A stretch of DNA of 64,000 nt from Tricharina praecox (lineage: Eukaryota), in assembly GCF_024521635.1 (NCBI RefSeq), contig NW_026250418.1:124001-188000 (forward strand), in the 5' to 3' direction. Both the position numbers and the translations under genes were made by a program. Below, piece after piece: positions 1 to 14,100 of the stretch. Below the pieces are notes generated by a model that ran no database searches, had not been told where the DNA came from, and worked only from the letters and a program-made list of their open reading frames with translations. Numbering within the stretch: position 1 is the first letter of the stretch; every line of letters starts with the position of its first letter.

Positions 1-3000
1 GCCCGCGGCACACCCCCGACCGCTCCTCGGTTTCCCGGACCTCTGCAAAAGCGGTCGGCCGCGAGAGGTATGTACATTATGTACCGTACCAGGTGTTCCG
101 CGCGCAGCGGTGGGACTGGTTGCAGTCTTGCTCCCTTCAGTCTTCAGCTCATTGTTGGTACAGGCAGCCAGGTAGCGGAGGGCCATGGACAGCCTGCTCG
201 GCGCACCGCAGGCCTCAGGTCGGCCCGGTTTGGTACCGGTACTCCACACGCCTAGTCCCGAGAGCGAGCGGGTTTCAGTCGTTGCCAAGCTGGAGCAGCC
301 GGGCAATACGCCGCCCCCACCTGGACTTCCAGCATTGCTTTACAACTTTACATACGTGGGGGGGTCCTCCGTCTCACTCCACGTCACTCGCGGTCGGTAC
401 TATATTCTAGTTTGCGCCCACTACTCTCCCTCCCCCACCCCACGGGGTCTCTCCCGGACTGGACCGGACTGGAGCGTCCTCCACAACGCACAGCTTTCGT
501 CCCCGCCCTCTGCTCCCTGCATCTTACTATAACTAGTACCTACACAGCCGCCGCGCTACAGCGCGTTGACATCACTCGATCCAACCCCTCTCCTCCCCTC
601 CTGATGAGCAACGTACATAGCGGCGTCAGGATTTACATCATCTTCCCGTCACAGTTCCAGACCCCCTCGTCCCCGCCGTTCCAAACCCTCTGCGAACAAA
701 AAACAAACAAACAACGGGGCTAGACGCTCATCCACTAGATATTCCTCCGCTGGGGATTACGTACGAGCCCTTGGGTCGCATCACATCGCGTCACATCGCA
801 TCACATCACATCACATCACAGCGGGTGGAGGGGAGGGCAGGCGGGCGTGGCAGGTGGGCCGGGCCGCCGGGAATGAATCATGGTCTAAGGCTGGCTGGGG
901 GTCACAGACGTAGCCACCAAGTCCTCTATTACTCCAGTTTCGGGGTCAAGTCCGAGATGACTACCGTACGACGATGCACTGCACTGTCCTTTGGTCCTTG
1001 GGGACGGGGTACTTCGAAGCTACATCGCCGGCCGACGAGAGGATGGTCAGGGTGGTACATACGTATGTGAACGTAATGTAGGTTGGAAGGCCGGTCGAGG
1101 ACCGGCCGACCAAACAAACGGACCGTCTACATCCACGCCAGCGACGTCTAGGACTCTACGAGTACACACATACAGAGGATGCAGATGCGGATGTGGATGC
1201 GGATGTGGAATTGAATTCCCCCATCAACCCTCCCTCGTCGCCATGCCATGCCGTCCGTCACGTTCGAAGTTGCCTTCCTGGCCACTCAATCCAGGTGTGA
1301 TGCATACGTGCACCCGGTTGTGCAGTTTCTTGCAAATCCACAGTTCGCAATTGGCAATTCGATCTCTGGAGTGGCCCGGCGCAGTGAAAACGAGAGCAAA
1401 AACGCAAAAAAGGAAAACGCCAAAAGGAAAACAAAGGAAAACAAAGGAAAACAAAGGAATTCACAGTAGCAGAAGCAGCAGCCGTGGCACACGTCAGCCA
1501 GCCAGCCCGTATGTCGTCTGCCTAGTCTGTCCAGTCAATCCACCGCTGCTGCTGCTGCACCCCACAATATGCAATATGCAAGCCACCACACCACACACAC
1601 CACACCACACGCACCACACACACACACCACACACACACACACCGCACCACCAACCCAACTGCCGTCCCGCTTCTCGTCTCGTCCCGCTCAACGAACGAAC
1701 GAGCGAACGGAGGAGATATACGGGGCAAGCCTGGGAGAAGCAGGTACCGACCCGGGCGATCGTACAGTCTAGAATCGGGGGGGGGAGGGGGGAGTGTGCT
1801 TTTAGAGTAGGGAGCAGCTACCCACGTACGTCGGTAGAAGTCGTGCTGGCTCTCTCTCTCTCACTCGCCGCCCGCTGGTAGATGTTGCAGGAAGATTTCG
1901 CGGGCCAAACACACGTGCGTAACTACCTCCGTGGAGCTATCCCAGTACCTAGTACTCTAGAATAGGTATCATGGCTGCCTCAGCAAACCATGTCGGCAGA
2001 GCCATACATACCGGTATGTACGTACGTATCGTCCTCGCTCGCATGCAATGCAAGATCCTCCCTTCTGTATCTAACTAACAAACTAACTACCCACCTACAG
2101 GCGAAACAGGCCACGCAGAGCTGCGGATACGTAAGTGCACTTGCACCTGAGTGCACCTGAGTGTACGGAAACGCCGCCGGTCGGTCGGATCAGCTCGTCC
2201 GGACGAAGGTTGCTGACGGCGCGGGGATGGATAGACTCTAGAGTAGGTATCGGACACGTGCGCTGCTCATGCACTCGACTCGACGACATACTACTGGATT
2301 GCTACTGGAGACGGTCGGAAGCAACGTCCAACGAAGGTTCAAGGCGGCCGCTGCGTTGCCATGGATGTATACGGTAGCACCGTACAGTAGGATGGAGGAT
2401 TGGGGATGTAGGATGGAGAAAGGAGAAAGTATTCCGCCGATCCGCCGCCGTCGCCGCCGCCGACGCCGGCGAGATGGATCATGGAGTGCCAACAACTCGC
2501 CCCTCCCGGCAACTGCTGGGCTGAGGTGTTCTTGCATCCCATCCGTCCTTGACGAACAGGCTCACCTCACCGGCCAGTCATCATCTGACCGGTCTGTCGG
2601 GCGGGCCCATTCGTTCGTTGCCCCTCCCCCGTCCCCCAACAACAGCCAGGAGAGGACCCAGCCAGGAGAGGAATACTATACCGTAGAGTACATACCCACT
2701 CTCCATTCCCACACCACAGTGCACACACCGACCTACGTGGACGTACGTCCCGGTCGCTCGCGGCGGCGGCGGTGGTGGTGGATGTGGTGGATGTGGCGAG
2801 TGATTCGTCGGGATGTCTCAGAGCTCACTCACCCACACAGCGGGGGGGAGAACCACCTGATCGTCCGTCGTTGCCGAGAAGTATATTCACCCACCACCCA
2901 CCCACCGTCCACACACACACACATACACATACACACACACACACACACCGCGTCGGGTGCCTATACCGTACCCGTTCTCTCGCTCGCTCGCAGTCGTGGG

Positions 3001-3351
3001 GTTGTAAACGGGACCGGATCTCGTCGTGCAGTGTGCATTTGCAGTTGCAGTTGCAGAATATGGGGTGCAGCGTACACTACATATGTAAGTATGCACGGAA
3101 CCTAGATACGATGGCATACTTGGTAGGTAGGCAGTTAATAGGCAGTTATGTAGGCGGGCATTCTGTGTCTGTTGGCCCTTGGGTGCAATGGGTGGCACGC
3201 CGCACGCCGCACGCCTGTCTGCCGGCGATATGTAGTTGGTTACTTGTTACTATTGTTGGGTATGTACATTGTATCGTGCTTGCCAGTGCCACTGACGCAC
3301 CCGACGATGGTTCATGATGAGTGGAGACCTATGTAGTGGAGCCTACTTACT

Positions 3352-3353
3352 TG

Positions 3354-3411
<58 letters not shown>
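3352..3411. repeat. (TGCC)15 microsatellite
   Basis: Read directly. Confidence 0.95.
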
Positions 3412-3412
<1 letters not shown>

Positions 3413-5645
3413 ACTTGCTTATTACCTGTGATGTACGCACCTGGCCTGCCTCTGACACATAAGGGTGAGCGCGACCACTACTGGTAGTAGGCCAGTAAGT
3501 ACTAGAGTAGGTAGTAGTGTGGGAGGAAGAGGAGGGTACACAGAGTATCTGAGTATGCACCCCGCATTCTGGAGCTGCAGCACACTGGCACCCGAACAGA
3601 CCTAAAGTGTGCAGAGAAAAGCATCGTCGAGCCATCCATCACGTCCGCCAAAACCTGTCGAATCCTATGATTCCACACAAAAAAATACCAGAGCCATCAC
3701 ATCACATCCCTACCGGAGCTCAAAAGCACAGTTAGTCAGTTACGTTGCACGCTCCCACGCTTCCACCGTCCCACGGAGAGAAAAAAATACCGGAAAAAGA
3801 AAAAACGGAAAAAGAAAAAAAAGCTCCGGAAAAAACAAAATCTGGGGTACAGTACAGCTGCTACTCTACATACAGCACGCAACGCTGGCACTGGCATTGG
3901 CACTTCGCCGAAGCAGAAGCAGCAGCGGCGGCCAGCTCAACGCCGAATTCCGGATTGGTCTTTCTCCCCCCGTCTCCTCCACCAGTAGGCAGTGCCGTAG
4001 GTAACAATAGTACTGCACCCCACACCGCACACACACTCACACTCACACTTACATACATACACACCGTACACTGCACACCGCACACCGCACACCTGAGAGC
4101 TAGGTATACATATACCTACTCGCTGCGTACGTGCACGGTGCGTGCGTGCGTTCGTGCGTTCGTGGACCAGTTGCCAACCCGCCCGCCTACTTGCCTAGGT
4201 TACAGGTATAGGTAATGTATGTACATGGTTAGATATACATGGTAGGTAGAGTATCCGGCCCAGTCCCAGTCCACCCAGCCAGAAGCCGCGCTTAACCCGG
4301 CTCGAACCTTTTCTTCATACATATGTACAATACACATACATACCTACATGGCGATGAGTACGTATGTGTGTCTGGTGTGTGTGTGTGCGTGTGTGGTGTA
4401 TGGACCGGCGGCGGCGCAGTGCTTTTTGCGTGCGAGGGAGGGATTTAAGGTTTTTGACCAGCAGGGTGCGGAGCTGTGCGGTGTAGTGTGGTGTGGTGTG
4501 GTGTGGTAGATATGGTGTGTGGTGTGTGGTGTGTGGGGTGTATAGGGTGGGGTGTATGTATGGGCGGGGCTCGTCCAGGCCATTTGTCCATTTGTCCATT
4601 TGTCCATCCATCCACTTGCAACGCTGAGCTGCACTGCACACCTCTGGGGGGGACGCTGGCGTCAGTGAAGTTTCGTTCCTCCTCCGTACATACATGATAC
4701 ATACATGAAGGAATACAAGATTGAATTGCGGGGTGCAGAGATGCGCACGTACGTACATCATAGAGCGGAAAATCTCGTCCGGACACTGCAGGTTCGTCAG
4801 ATGACACCATTCCTTCCCCTTCCCCTTCCCCTTTCCGCCGCCGCCGTGGCCGCCCCTAGGAGAGGTCCCCCACGATCCTTCATCTGGAATCTAGATACAT
4901 CATACATGTACATGTAAATCCTAGATACGGTAGCGTAGGTAGATATAGTACAGTGGCGTAGATCCGCCCACGCCTAAGCCCACGCCCAAGCCCACGCACG
5001 AAACTCCCCGCCTCGCCCCCGGGGTCCCCGGGGATGGACTCGGCGACCGGCGACAGGCGACCGGCGGTCTAGATCTGAAACCAATCTGCCTGTGCCTATG
5101 CCTTTCCTGCTCCTGCTCCTCCTGCCAACTACTGCTGCTGGGAGCGGCAAGCATCGGCCGTCGTGCACCGTCCGAACACGGCGTTCGGAACCGTCATGTA
5201 CTCTACGGCATGTACTCGACGGTATGTAGAGCACCGGAAGAGAAGAAAAAAGTCTATCCCACTCCACTGCACTCCTGAGCCCTGGGAAACGTTGAACGTC
5301 GAACGTCGAACGTCAGGCGCCGGAATGGTTCAGTACCTGTGCCAAGGCTGTGGATGGAATTGGCCACAGCAAACGGATCTCCCACTCCCGGCCTGGCACT
5401 CGACGAGACGAGACGAGAAGAGACGAGAAGAGAAGAGACAGCGGCCGGCGGCGGTCCCGTGCAGTCCTGCGCAGTACCGCATGTACCGTACGGCGTATAT
5501 ACAGTCCTTACAGCTCCAGCTCTTTGGAGGAAGGGAGGGTACTTACGTACACACGAGCAGCGCCAGAAGCGGGATCGTCCCCTACATACCGCCCCCCTAC
5601 CGCCCCCTACCGCCACTGCCCCAACTAGGAGACCGGGAGACCGGC

Positions 5646-5720
5646 GGGCACGGGGGCACGGGGGCACGGGGGCACGGGGGCACGGGAGGCTCGGGGCTCG
5701 GGGCTCGGGGCTCGGGGCTC
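5646..5720 (+). repeat. G-rich tandem repeats (GGGGGCAC)n followed by (GGGGCTC)n
   Basis: Read directly. Confidence 0.9.
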
Positions 5721-7306
5721 ACGTGACCGCTCGACAGCCCAACGGGATGTAAAGCCGCCTCCCACTGCCACTCCCGCTCCCGCACGTGCCCAATCACCTG
5801 CCTGCGGCGGCGGCCGCGCATCACGTGCCTTCTGAAGACCTCCACCTCCACCTCCACCTCCGCCACCACCTCCGCGTATCCCGACTCCCGACTCCCGACT
5901 CCCTCCCGAGCCAAAGCCCAAACTCCAACCGCAAACTCCAAACTCCAAACCCCAAATCTCAAAGTTCCAAACCCCACACCCGCCGGCGACAGGCGTCAGT
6001 GATGGGGTAATATCGTCGTCCCCCCCAGTTCCACCCCGGTCCACCCCGGTCCATTCCACCCCCGGTCCGCACCCCCACCCCCACGCACCACGCCCACGCC
6101 CACGCCGACGCATCACGCATCACGCATCACGTATCCACGCATCACGCATCCACGCATCTGTGGATCTGGAACAACGTTCCTCCAGTGTCCACACACCGAG
6201 CGGTAGATACGCTACGTACCCCCGGGAAAAGTCTCTTCACGGGACTCGCGACTCGCGAGATGAGAGTGCAATTGCAATTGTCTGCTTCTACCTGTGCTGT
6301 TGCTTGTCCGAAGGCGAGGGAAAAAAAAGAGTTCATCTTGTGAAGGCTAGCTAGATACATAGATACATCCACCACATCCACCACATCCACTAGACATCCA
6401 CCACACATCCATACCCCCCATTCCTCCCCCCCTCTGCCCTCCTCCCTCGCCGCCGTCCCCGCCGTCTTCCCGTCCTCCAAGTCCAAGTCAAAGTCGAATC
6501 AAGTCAAAGCAGTCTACAGATGCACCACGCACGCACGCACGCACGTAACCCCCCCCCCCCCCTCCCACCAAATCCCCCCTATCCTCGTAGCAGAAGCAGA
6601 AAAGAAAAAACCGTATGTATGATATGTACTTTCGAAAAAATTCGTGCTGGTATATCCTCCTCCTAGATACCACACACACGGAAAGCAAGAAAGAAAGAAA
6701 GAAGACGGGGAGAGAGAAAAAAACGGGGAGAAAGAGGAAGAAAAAACAAAAAACACCTGTCAACCAAACCCCGAAAACACAACCCATATAAAAATAAAAA
6801 AGCAAAAGCAAAAGCAAGCGCTGACTGAAAAGAAAAAACAAAACCCCCGTTCTATATGTGGTAGCAGTATAGTAGCATTGGATGGATGGATGGGGGGGGG
6901 GGGGGGGGGAAGACTGTAGAAAGTTGGGAAGAGGGAGGGAGGGCAGGATTCGCACAGGTACAGGTATCGATACACCACTATGAGAGTGAGAGTGGGATAG
7001 AGACAGACACAGAGAGAGAAATAGAGAGAACCCTCAATCCAATCATGGCACAACACACACCGAACCGTCTTTCTATACAACTGTTCCCGCACAGCCGGTA
7101 GCTCAATCCCCTCAATCGAGGTCATCCCCACACTCTCTCTCCTCCCCCAACACATGAAGTAGAATATAGAGCGTAGTGTTGAACCCACAGCACAACATAA
7201 TCAATCCCAACTCCATGTCAAACAAGACTCGCAAAGAACCACACGAATGGGAAGACAAAAAAGCCAGAAAGGGGTAAATGGACAAAAAGTAACATTCTCC
7301 CCTCAT

Positions 7307-9285
7307 CTACAAAGGGCCATTCGCACCCGACCACGGAGCCATCCACAGATATCCTTCATCCTCTGTTGGTGGAATCGCAGGTGGTGATACCATGGACCCC
7401 GAATCCATCGCCTTGGACGCCATCGAGAGGTGGTCCGAGCTCATGCTCAGCTCCGAGAAACTGGCCGAGCTGCCGTAACCACCGAGACCCAGATCCCCTG
7501 CATCGAACAGACCGTCCACGCCAGCGACCATCCCTGCTTCGAAGGAGTCGATCCCCGAGGCGGAAGGAAGCGCGGCCGAAGAAACCAGCAATCGGTCGAA
7601 TTCGCCGACGTCGAAGCCTCCGTTGCTGACCTGTGCCATGTCTGCTGCCATCTGCGGTAATCCCACGTACGATGATGCTGCACTGATGTGATACTGGTCC
7701 GACTCGGCGTGGTCCGACGAGTTGGACGACATTGTTCCGTTGCCAAAGTTGTACGGTGGACTCGGACCGCCAAAGCCCATGTCTTCCCGTTCGTCACCCG
7801 ATGTTGAATTGGTCAATGCGGGTGGGGCATGCAATCTCAGAAATGTTTCCAGATCCATCGTAGGCTCGGCCAATGAATCCTCAAAGGAGGTGGAGCTATC
7901 GTAGTGCGAGAACGACGGAGGCCATCCGGCGGACTGGGGGGGATACAGCCCTGCTGAGAAGTAGCCGTGTTCCGAGTCGGCCGATGGGAGCACTTCCTGG
8001 CTCGAGAAATCATGAAGCGTCGAGAACGATTGGTGATTCGTGTTCACACTCAGACCTGTCTGGATGCGTCCCGATGCCGTGCGATTCAATGCGGGCTTTG
8101 CCGGTCGTGGTGGGCGTGGAGTCAACTCCAGCGGCGTGATGCCGGTGTTAGTCATCTGAAGGGCCGGATATGTGCGCAGGTCCGGCGACGACTGCTCCGA
8201 CTTGATACGTCGAGATGACTTCTGCGACGACGTGGACGGTGGTCCCGATCCCGGTGCCTTAGTGCATCCGTTGTGCTCGCCAAACGTGTGGCCCGAGTGC
8301 CCTACCGTCGGGATACTGTACGGCGAGGACCCATGAACACTGCTGTGATGCTTGTGCGTGGGTTTGTGGTGTCCGTTGGCGAACATGGTGAGTGAGCTTT
8401 CCGAGTGTGTCATCTGCAACCGTGGCTTCGTGCGGACTTCCGGTGCGGGAATCCCACAGGACGCCGGTGGCTCCGAGAATTCAGGCACGGCATCGAGAAG
8501 CTGCGGTTCCTTCTTCAGTGCACATGTGCAATGGCCGCCGAGGGAGCACGAGCATGAGATTGAAACACCTTGAGAGAAAAAAGAGGAACGTCTTAGCACT
8601 CCGAGATTGAAAGGGGCAAAGATCGTCAACCAGGAAGCCACGCGAGCTCACTTTTGGAATCATCACCTAAAGGCGCCGCCGCGACAGCTACCCCCGTGTG
8701 CGATCCTCCTGGCCCGCCCACTATGGCGCCTCCGATAGCGCCGCCGGCACATCCGACAGTGTTCTCTCCCCCGACTGTAGACAGAGCGGCGGGTCTGATG
8801 CCGTTTTTCGCAGCCTCCTTCAGCGCCGCGATCCGTTCACCGCAGTCGCATTTGACGTGAGCAGAGCGGGACTTCCGCATCGAACGACAGTGGTTGCATT
8901 GAGAGACTGGGCGACCCTTCTTGGCGATGGGTAATAGTTTACGATCTGTGGAGGTTGCAAATTTTTGTCAGCCTCGAGAAAGTGCAAGACTTGCGGCAAC
9001 GGCCGAACTCGGACTACACAACGTCGCCACCCGAAAATTCTCTCTCGCGGCGGGGGGAGGGGAAGCGTGGCGTTGATGGAAAAAATGGATTTTTTTTTTA
9101 TAAAAGCACAAAAATAGGGCGTGATGAGGCGGAATTGGGGGGGAGGGGAGGGGGGAGATGACGATGAAGAAAAAGAAAGAAAAAAAAGGAAGTGGAGAAG
9201 CAGACTGACCGTGATGATTGCAACCGCTTACCCGGTGGCCGCGAATGCAGGCCTCGCAGGCCATCTTAACGCCTTCGATAATCAT
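7307..9285 (-). CDS. aceA: Copper-fist (Ace1/Cup2/Haa1-like) transcription factor; exons 9285-9210, 8945-8652, 8568-7307; ~543 aa
   Basis: Spliced N-terminus MIIEGVKMACEACIRGHRVSGCNHHDRKLLPIAKKGRPVSQCNHCRSMRKSRSAHVKCDC is the copper-fist domain (CxxCxRGHR...KGRP). A second Cys cluster CSCSLGGHCTC and an acidic/Ser-rich C-terminus follow. Introns GTCAGT..CAG and GTGAGC..AAG (branch GCTAA) keep frame. The AceA versus CufA/Haa1 orthology is inferred. Confidence 0.88.
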
Positions 9286-9821
9286 GTTGAGCGAGTGAAC
9301 GGACGAAGCGGCAACAACAAAGAACGAAGACCACACCCCGACAGGACAGGACAGTCACCGAGCGGGGGAAGGTTGATGGGGGTTTTCAAGCGGAGGTGTT
9401 GTTGTAGAGCGGATGGAAGAGGGGGGAGGGCTTCCAAGGCCGTTGGCTGCTGACGAGCTTGAGTTTGACACCCGGGCTGACCGACTGGCTGACTGGCAGG
9501 GCTCTTTGATTGCTGGCTGGTGGCTTGCTTTGGTTTCCTGGTTTCTTAAGAGCTGCAGGGTGGACTGAACTGAGTCGCAACGGTGTCGAGTCCGGTTCGA
9601 GATCGAGCCCAAGTAAGCGCGGGATAGATAGCCCAACACTCTGGAAGCAACCGCTGTTTATTGCAGCGTAGGCAGGTACTCTGCGAAAACCGTGGCGGCG
9701 GTGGTAGTGGTGGTGGTAGTGGTGGTGGTGATTTCGGTGGTACTGGGGGGTGGTGAGGGGGGGCCGGCTGCTGATGCGCTTCTGGCTGCTGGCTGCTGGC
9801 TGCTGGCTATTGCTGCCGGTG

Positions 9822-9824
<3 letters not shown>

Positions 9825-9881
<57 letters not shown>
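9825..9881. repeat. (CTG)19 trinucleotide repeat (CAG on the sense strand of the copper-fist gene leader)
   Basis: Read directly; imperfect flanking units span about 9767-9921. Confidence 0.95.
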
Positions 9882-9885
<4 letters not shown>

Positions 9886-11070
9886 TGTTGCTGCTATTGC
9901 TACTGCTTGGTGGTGCTGCTGCAATCACAGGCTGATATGGATCGGTCTGCGAGGGGGTCAGATCCGGGTGTATGCGAAACGACGGTGGGGCGGCGGATGA
10001 GCGAGGGAAGCGTCCGGGAGAGTCTTCGAGGATCGAACTGCTGCGCGCGCGGCAGGATACCGTCTAAGAAACGATCGGATAGCGATAGATGGGAGCAGGT
10101 TCTCGTGTGCTTGTCGGAGGGAGGGGAGGAAGAGCAGAGGAGACAGAGAGGAGAACTGCGGAGCCGATCGAGCGAGCGAGCGTGCGAGCGGGAGAGAGAA
10201 GAGGAACTATAGATATGGAAATTCGGAGCGAATTTGTTTTGTCTGTAGGTGCGTATGCGTCTGTTCTGGGAAGTGTGGTAAGAGAGGCCCCCCTGCCTTT
10301 TTGCACGGCCCGTACTCGGCGCCGGCTTTCGAAGCGTTCACACGGAAGACCGAGTGGACTCCAAAATAAGCGAATGGTGGTGGTGTCCTGGTGATGCGGG
10401 AAGAATGGGAAAAAGGATGGAGAGGAGAGGAAATAGCGAGGCGGGGGTGGAAAGAGTTTTAACGCTGCCGTGCAGTTGGAGCGAGCGAGCGAGCGCCTGT
10501 CGCTCTGGCTCTCAGCAAGCAACCACGGAATCTCGGGCTTGCGCAGGGATGCCCAGAGTAACTACGCTGACGTTGATGCTCGTGCTGGGTGCTGGGTGCT
10601 GGGTGCTGGGTGCTGGCGCTGCTGGGTGGTGGTGCCGGTGCTGATGCTGATGCTGATGCTGCTGCTGATGCTGATGCTGATTCTGCTAAATGCTGCTAAT
10701 GCTCAATGCTGCTGCTGATGCTGATGGTCCTGTTTCCTCTCGCTTTTCGTGCTTCGACTTCGACAGTTCGACTTCGGCTTCTGCTTCTGCTGCGACTTGC
10801 TTCGACTGCGCAGGTAAGATGTACTCTATGTACGGTGCCTCTGCTGGCTTCTGCTTTCTCTTCCTCTGCTGAGGTCGGCCATCTATCCTTCTTTACTTAA
10901 CTTCAAGGTTTCGGCACACCACCTCCACCTCCACCTCCACCTCCACCTCCACCTCCACCTCCACCTCTCCACCACCCCGGAACTCACCGACGGGAATGGA
11001 TGCCAACTCTTCTTTCTTTCGGAGTCAGTCAGTCAACGCATCTGTGGTACCCTAGAGTATACCATGCCCA

Positions 11071-11102
<32 letters not shown>

Positions 11103-14100
11103 TCCCCATAGCTATGATCATATCACGCCCATAGGTATTGTGCGATGGCTTTCGTACATAACTGGTCAATCATCAAGGGCCGCCAGAGCCTTCAGGAAGC
11201 GCAGCTGCTGCAACCAGTTAACACAGATGCCAGACCTGTGTGGTGGTCTGCAGGATGGCACCCACACCCCTCTTCCCTTCCCTAAACGGCACAGCCATAA
11301 AGTCCCCACGGCCTCACCAACCACGAAAGCAGTCAAACGAGGGAGCCCACCGACATGAAGGGATGGATGGATGGAACGATGGATGGATGGATGGGGGGTG
11401 GAGAGAGGGAACGAGGATGTTGAGCCCGCAGTCTCCCTCTCCCTCTCCCCACGGCCTGAAAGTAACGTGAAAAAAAGTCAAGGTGCGAAAGAAAGAAGAA
11501 AAGAAAGGAAAAGAAAAGAAAAGAAAAGAAAAAAACAGTAGGAAAAAAATCCCAGCGTAAAACGTAGCCTACAGGAAACAGGCGTTGCCCAGTGGGCACG
11601 CACGGCGACAGATAGCTAACCAGAGTAGTCTACGGGGTTACGACGACGACGTTGACTGCAAGTCTGCAACTGCACCAACACTTCCCTCCCCGCCCAACAA
11701 AGCAATGTATGTAGTATGTAGTATGCAAGTACTTGCTTTGGTAGAGCAACTGTGGTGGAGGTGGTGGAGGTGGAGGTGGAGTGGGTCATGACTTGTCATG
11801 TCCGTGTTTCTTCCGAGTTCGAATCATTCGAGCGTCGCCCCTCTCCCACTCTGCCATGCCGTCGCCGCCGTCGATGGGGGAAATGGGGATGGGGCCTGCC
11901 TGCTCTCGGCTTCGAGCGGAGTACTATACATACCGTATGATGTGTTAATCCAAAGCCCCAAGCCCCAAACCCCCCTCCCTCCCCCCAATTCATTTCCGCG
12001 GCGCAGAGGGCATGTATGGATGTAAAGCACGGCGTTCGCTAGGGGCAAGGATTTTTCACCAGACAAGACAAGCTTCTTTAAGCTCCCTTCGTCTATCTAT
12101 CTATGAATGGTATGTATCGTGTGGGCAGGGCTGTGCCAGCCAGCCAGCCAGCGGTCGATTGAAGGGGGGTGGTGGTTGACCTGACCTGCGGCACCGCACC
12201 ACTAGGTACTCAAACCAAACACCCCGCATGTATGTATGGTACCAGTGGTCCAGTGGGAAATTTGGTCCTAGCTCTCCCCACGCCCAACAGGACGTAGTAC
12301 GTACCATAATAGTACCCGTAGGATGTACGGTACCGTACTGGATTTGTTTTAGTAAACTCCAAGTGAGGAGATCCAGCGGCGACGACGACGACGGCGCCGC
12401 TGGATCTGCGCTTTACAACTCATGCCAACTTGACCGCTGTTGGAAGGCAAACGCATCTGCTCCTCCAAAACGGAGAGACGGAGAGCTGTCCTGGCTGTCC
12501 TCGCGCGGAACGGGGAACGGAAAGTTCAAATGCCCATGGGCGAAAGAAAAGCGGGGATGTGGGATTGTTCCTTCGGAAGTGGGCGAGTATGTAGAGTAGT
12601 AAGTACCTGCTTAGGTGGGTAGGCACTTGGTTGCTTGGGTAACTGCTTGGGTACTTGGGGACTTGCTTAGGTACAGCTGTGTGTGTGTTGTGCATCCATG
12701 CGAACATCACCACAAATCCTAGTTTCAAAACGACTACGGCCACGGCTACGACTACGATTACATACGACTATCCAGTGCCCCCCGGCCTTCCCCCCTTCTA
12801 ACACCTGAGTAAGTAAGTTAAGTACCCATCACCCACCTACATACCTACCAACTTACATACATACCTAGCCACCGCCTCTCACCCAATTCACCATTTCATC
12901 TGAAGAATCTCCCTATGAACCTACCTGCCTACCTATATGAAATGTGGCATGCACGCGGCACGCCGAGCAAAACCGCAACCCGGAAAGAAAAAAAGCGGAC
13001 TCAGTCGAGATCTCACTCCGTCCCCGAGAACCCAAATCCAACTTCCAAGCTATCAATCTAGGCATTCGAGTCGTGTCGTGTCATGGCAAAACAGGACTGA
13101 TGGCTGGCTGGATGGATGGATGGATGGAAACACTTTCGTTTCCTGAAGCACCCGGCGGCGGCGGGTACTCTATTCTATTCTATTCTATTCAGGGTGTGTG
13201 GGCTCTACCTAGAGAAGAGAAGAGGAGATACCGTCGTGCATACGGTGGATAGATAGGGTGGGTGTGTTCGCCTCCTCCATCGGACGGAGAAAATCCTTCA
13301 ATCATCCCTGGCCGCCGCGAACGGATCCGATATATCTATATCTATATCCTACACTAGATACTAGTATATAGCAGCGGCAGCGCCCCCCCACTGCTGCTAA
13401 CTGCTTGGGTATGTATGTGTGTAGATGTGTACGTAGGGGGCGGAAATCTGCACATTAATTTCTTACATAAGGAGAGTAAGACGATAACTAAACTCGCCTC
13501 TTGGTCGAGTACGTACCTGGGTACTTATCTTGAGTGATGTTTCGTGACTGGCCGTATGTGGAGCTGAGGTAGAGTGCTTATGTAGAGTAGAGTAGAGTAG
13601 AGTCGGTAGGGGGAGGGGGGACGGGCGGGCGGGCGGACGGACGGAGGGGGGGAGTTCTATCTATACTTAGCCACTCTACACGCAGTGCGCACCACCTCCC
13701 AAGGTCCACTTCCCACATCCCAAGCACTCTGGGTACTCTACTCTACTCTACTCTGGAGTCTACGCATGTACGTATCTTCATATCTACAGTATCTACATAC
13801 ATACGGTGGATTGTTACACACCAGACTGAGCCTGCCTGCCTGCCTACGGACCGATAGAGTACCGGATGGATGTTGGGTTCTTCCGCAAATTGGCGATCAA
13901 GACATTTTTTACTATACTTTCCCACTTTCCCGCACACACGCACGCACTTCCGATCTGTGTCGATTTCCCCCAAGCACTCTGGAAGACTGGAACCGCGATT
14001 CACCCAACCCAACTCTCTGTGCCCTGCCTGCCCTGCTTGCTTGCCTGCCTGCCTGCCTGCCAGGCATCCTGCATTGCATCGGCATCGACATCGACATCGA

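Noticed and set aside
1..7306. Long ORFs such as 991-1881 and 2269-3105
   Set aside because: Translations of microsatellites (HTHT, RRRR, CGCG) with no domain motifs or consistent splice structure
9386..10000. Poly-Ser/Ala/Leu ORFs
   Set aside because: Frames of the CTG repeat, opened at non-ATG starts
11815..11825. B-box-like GAGTTCGAATC (also GGTTCGAG near 4300 and 9594)
   Set aside because: No A box or cloverleaf around them; not tRNA genes
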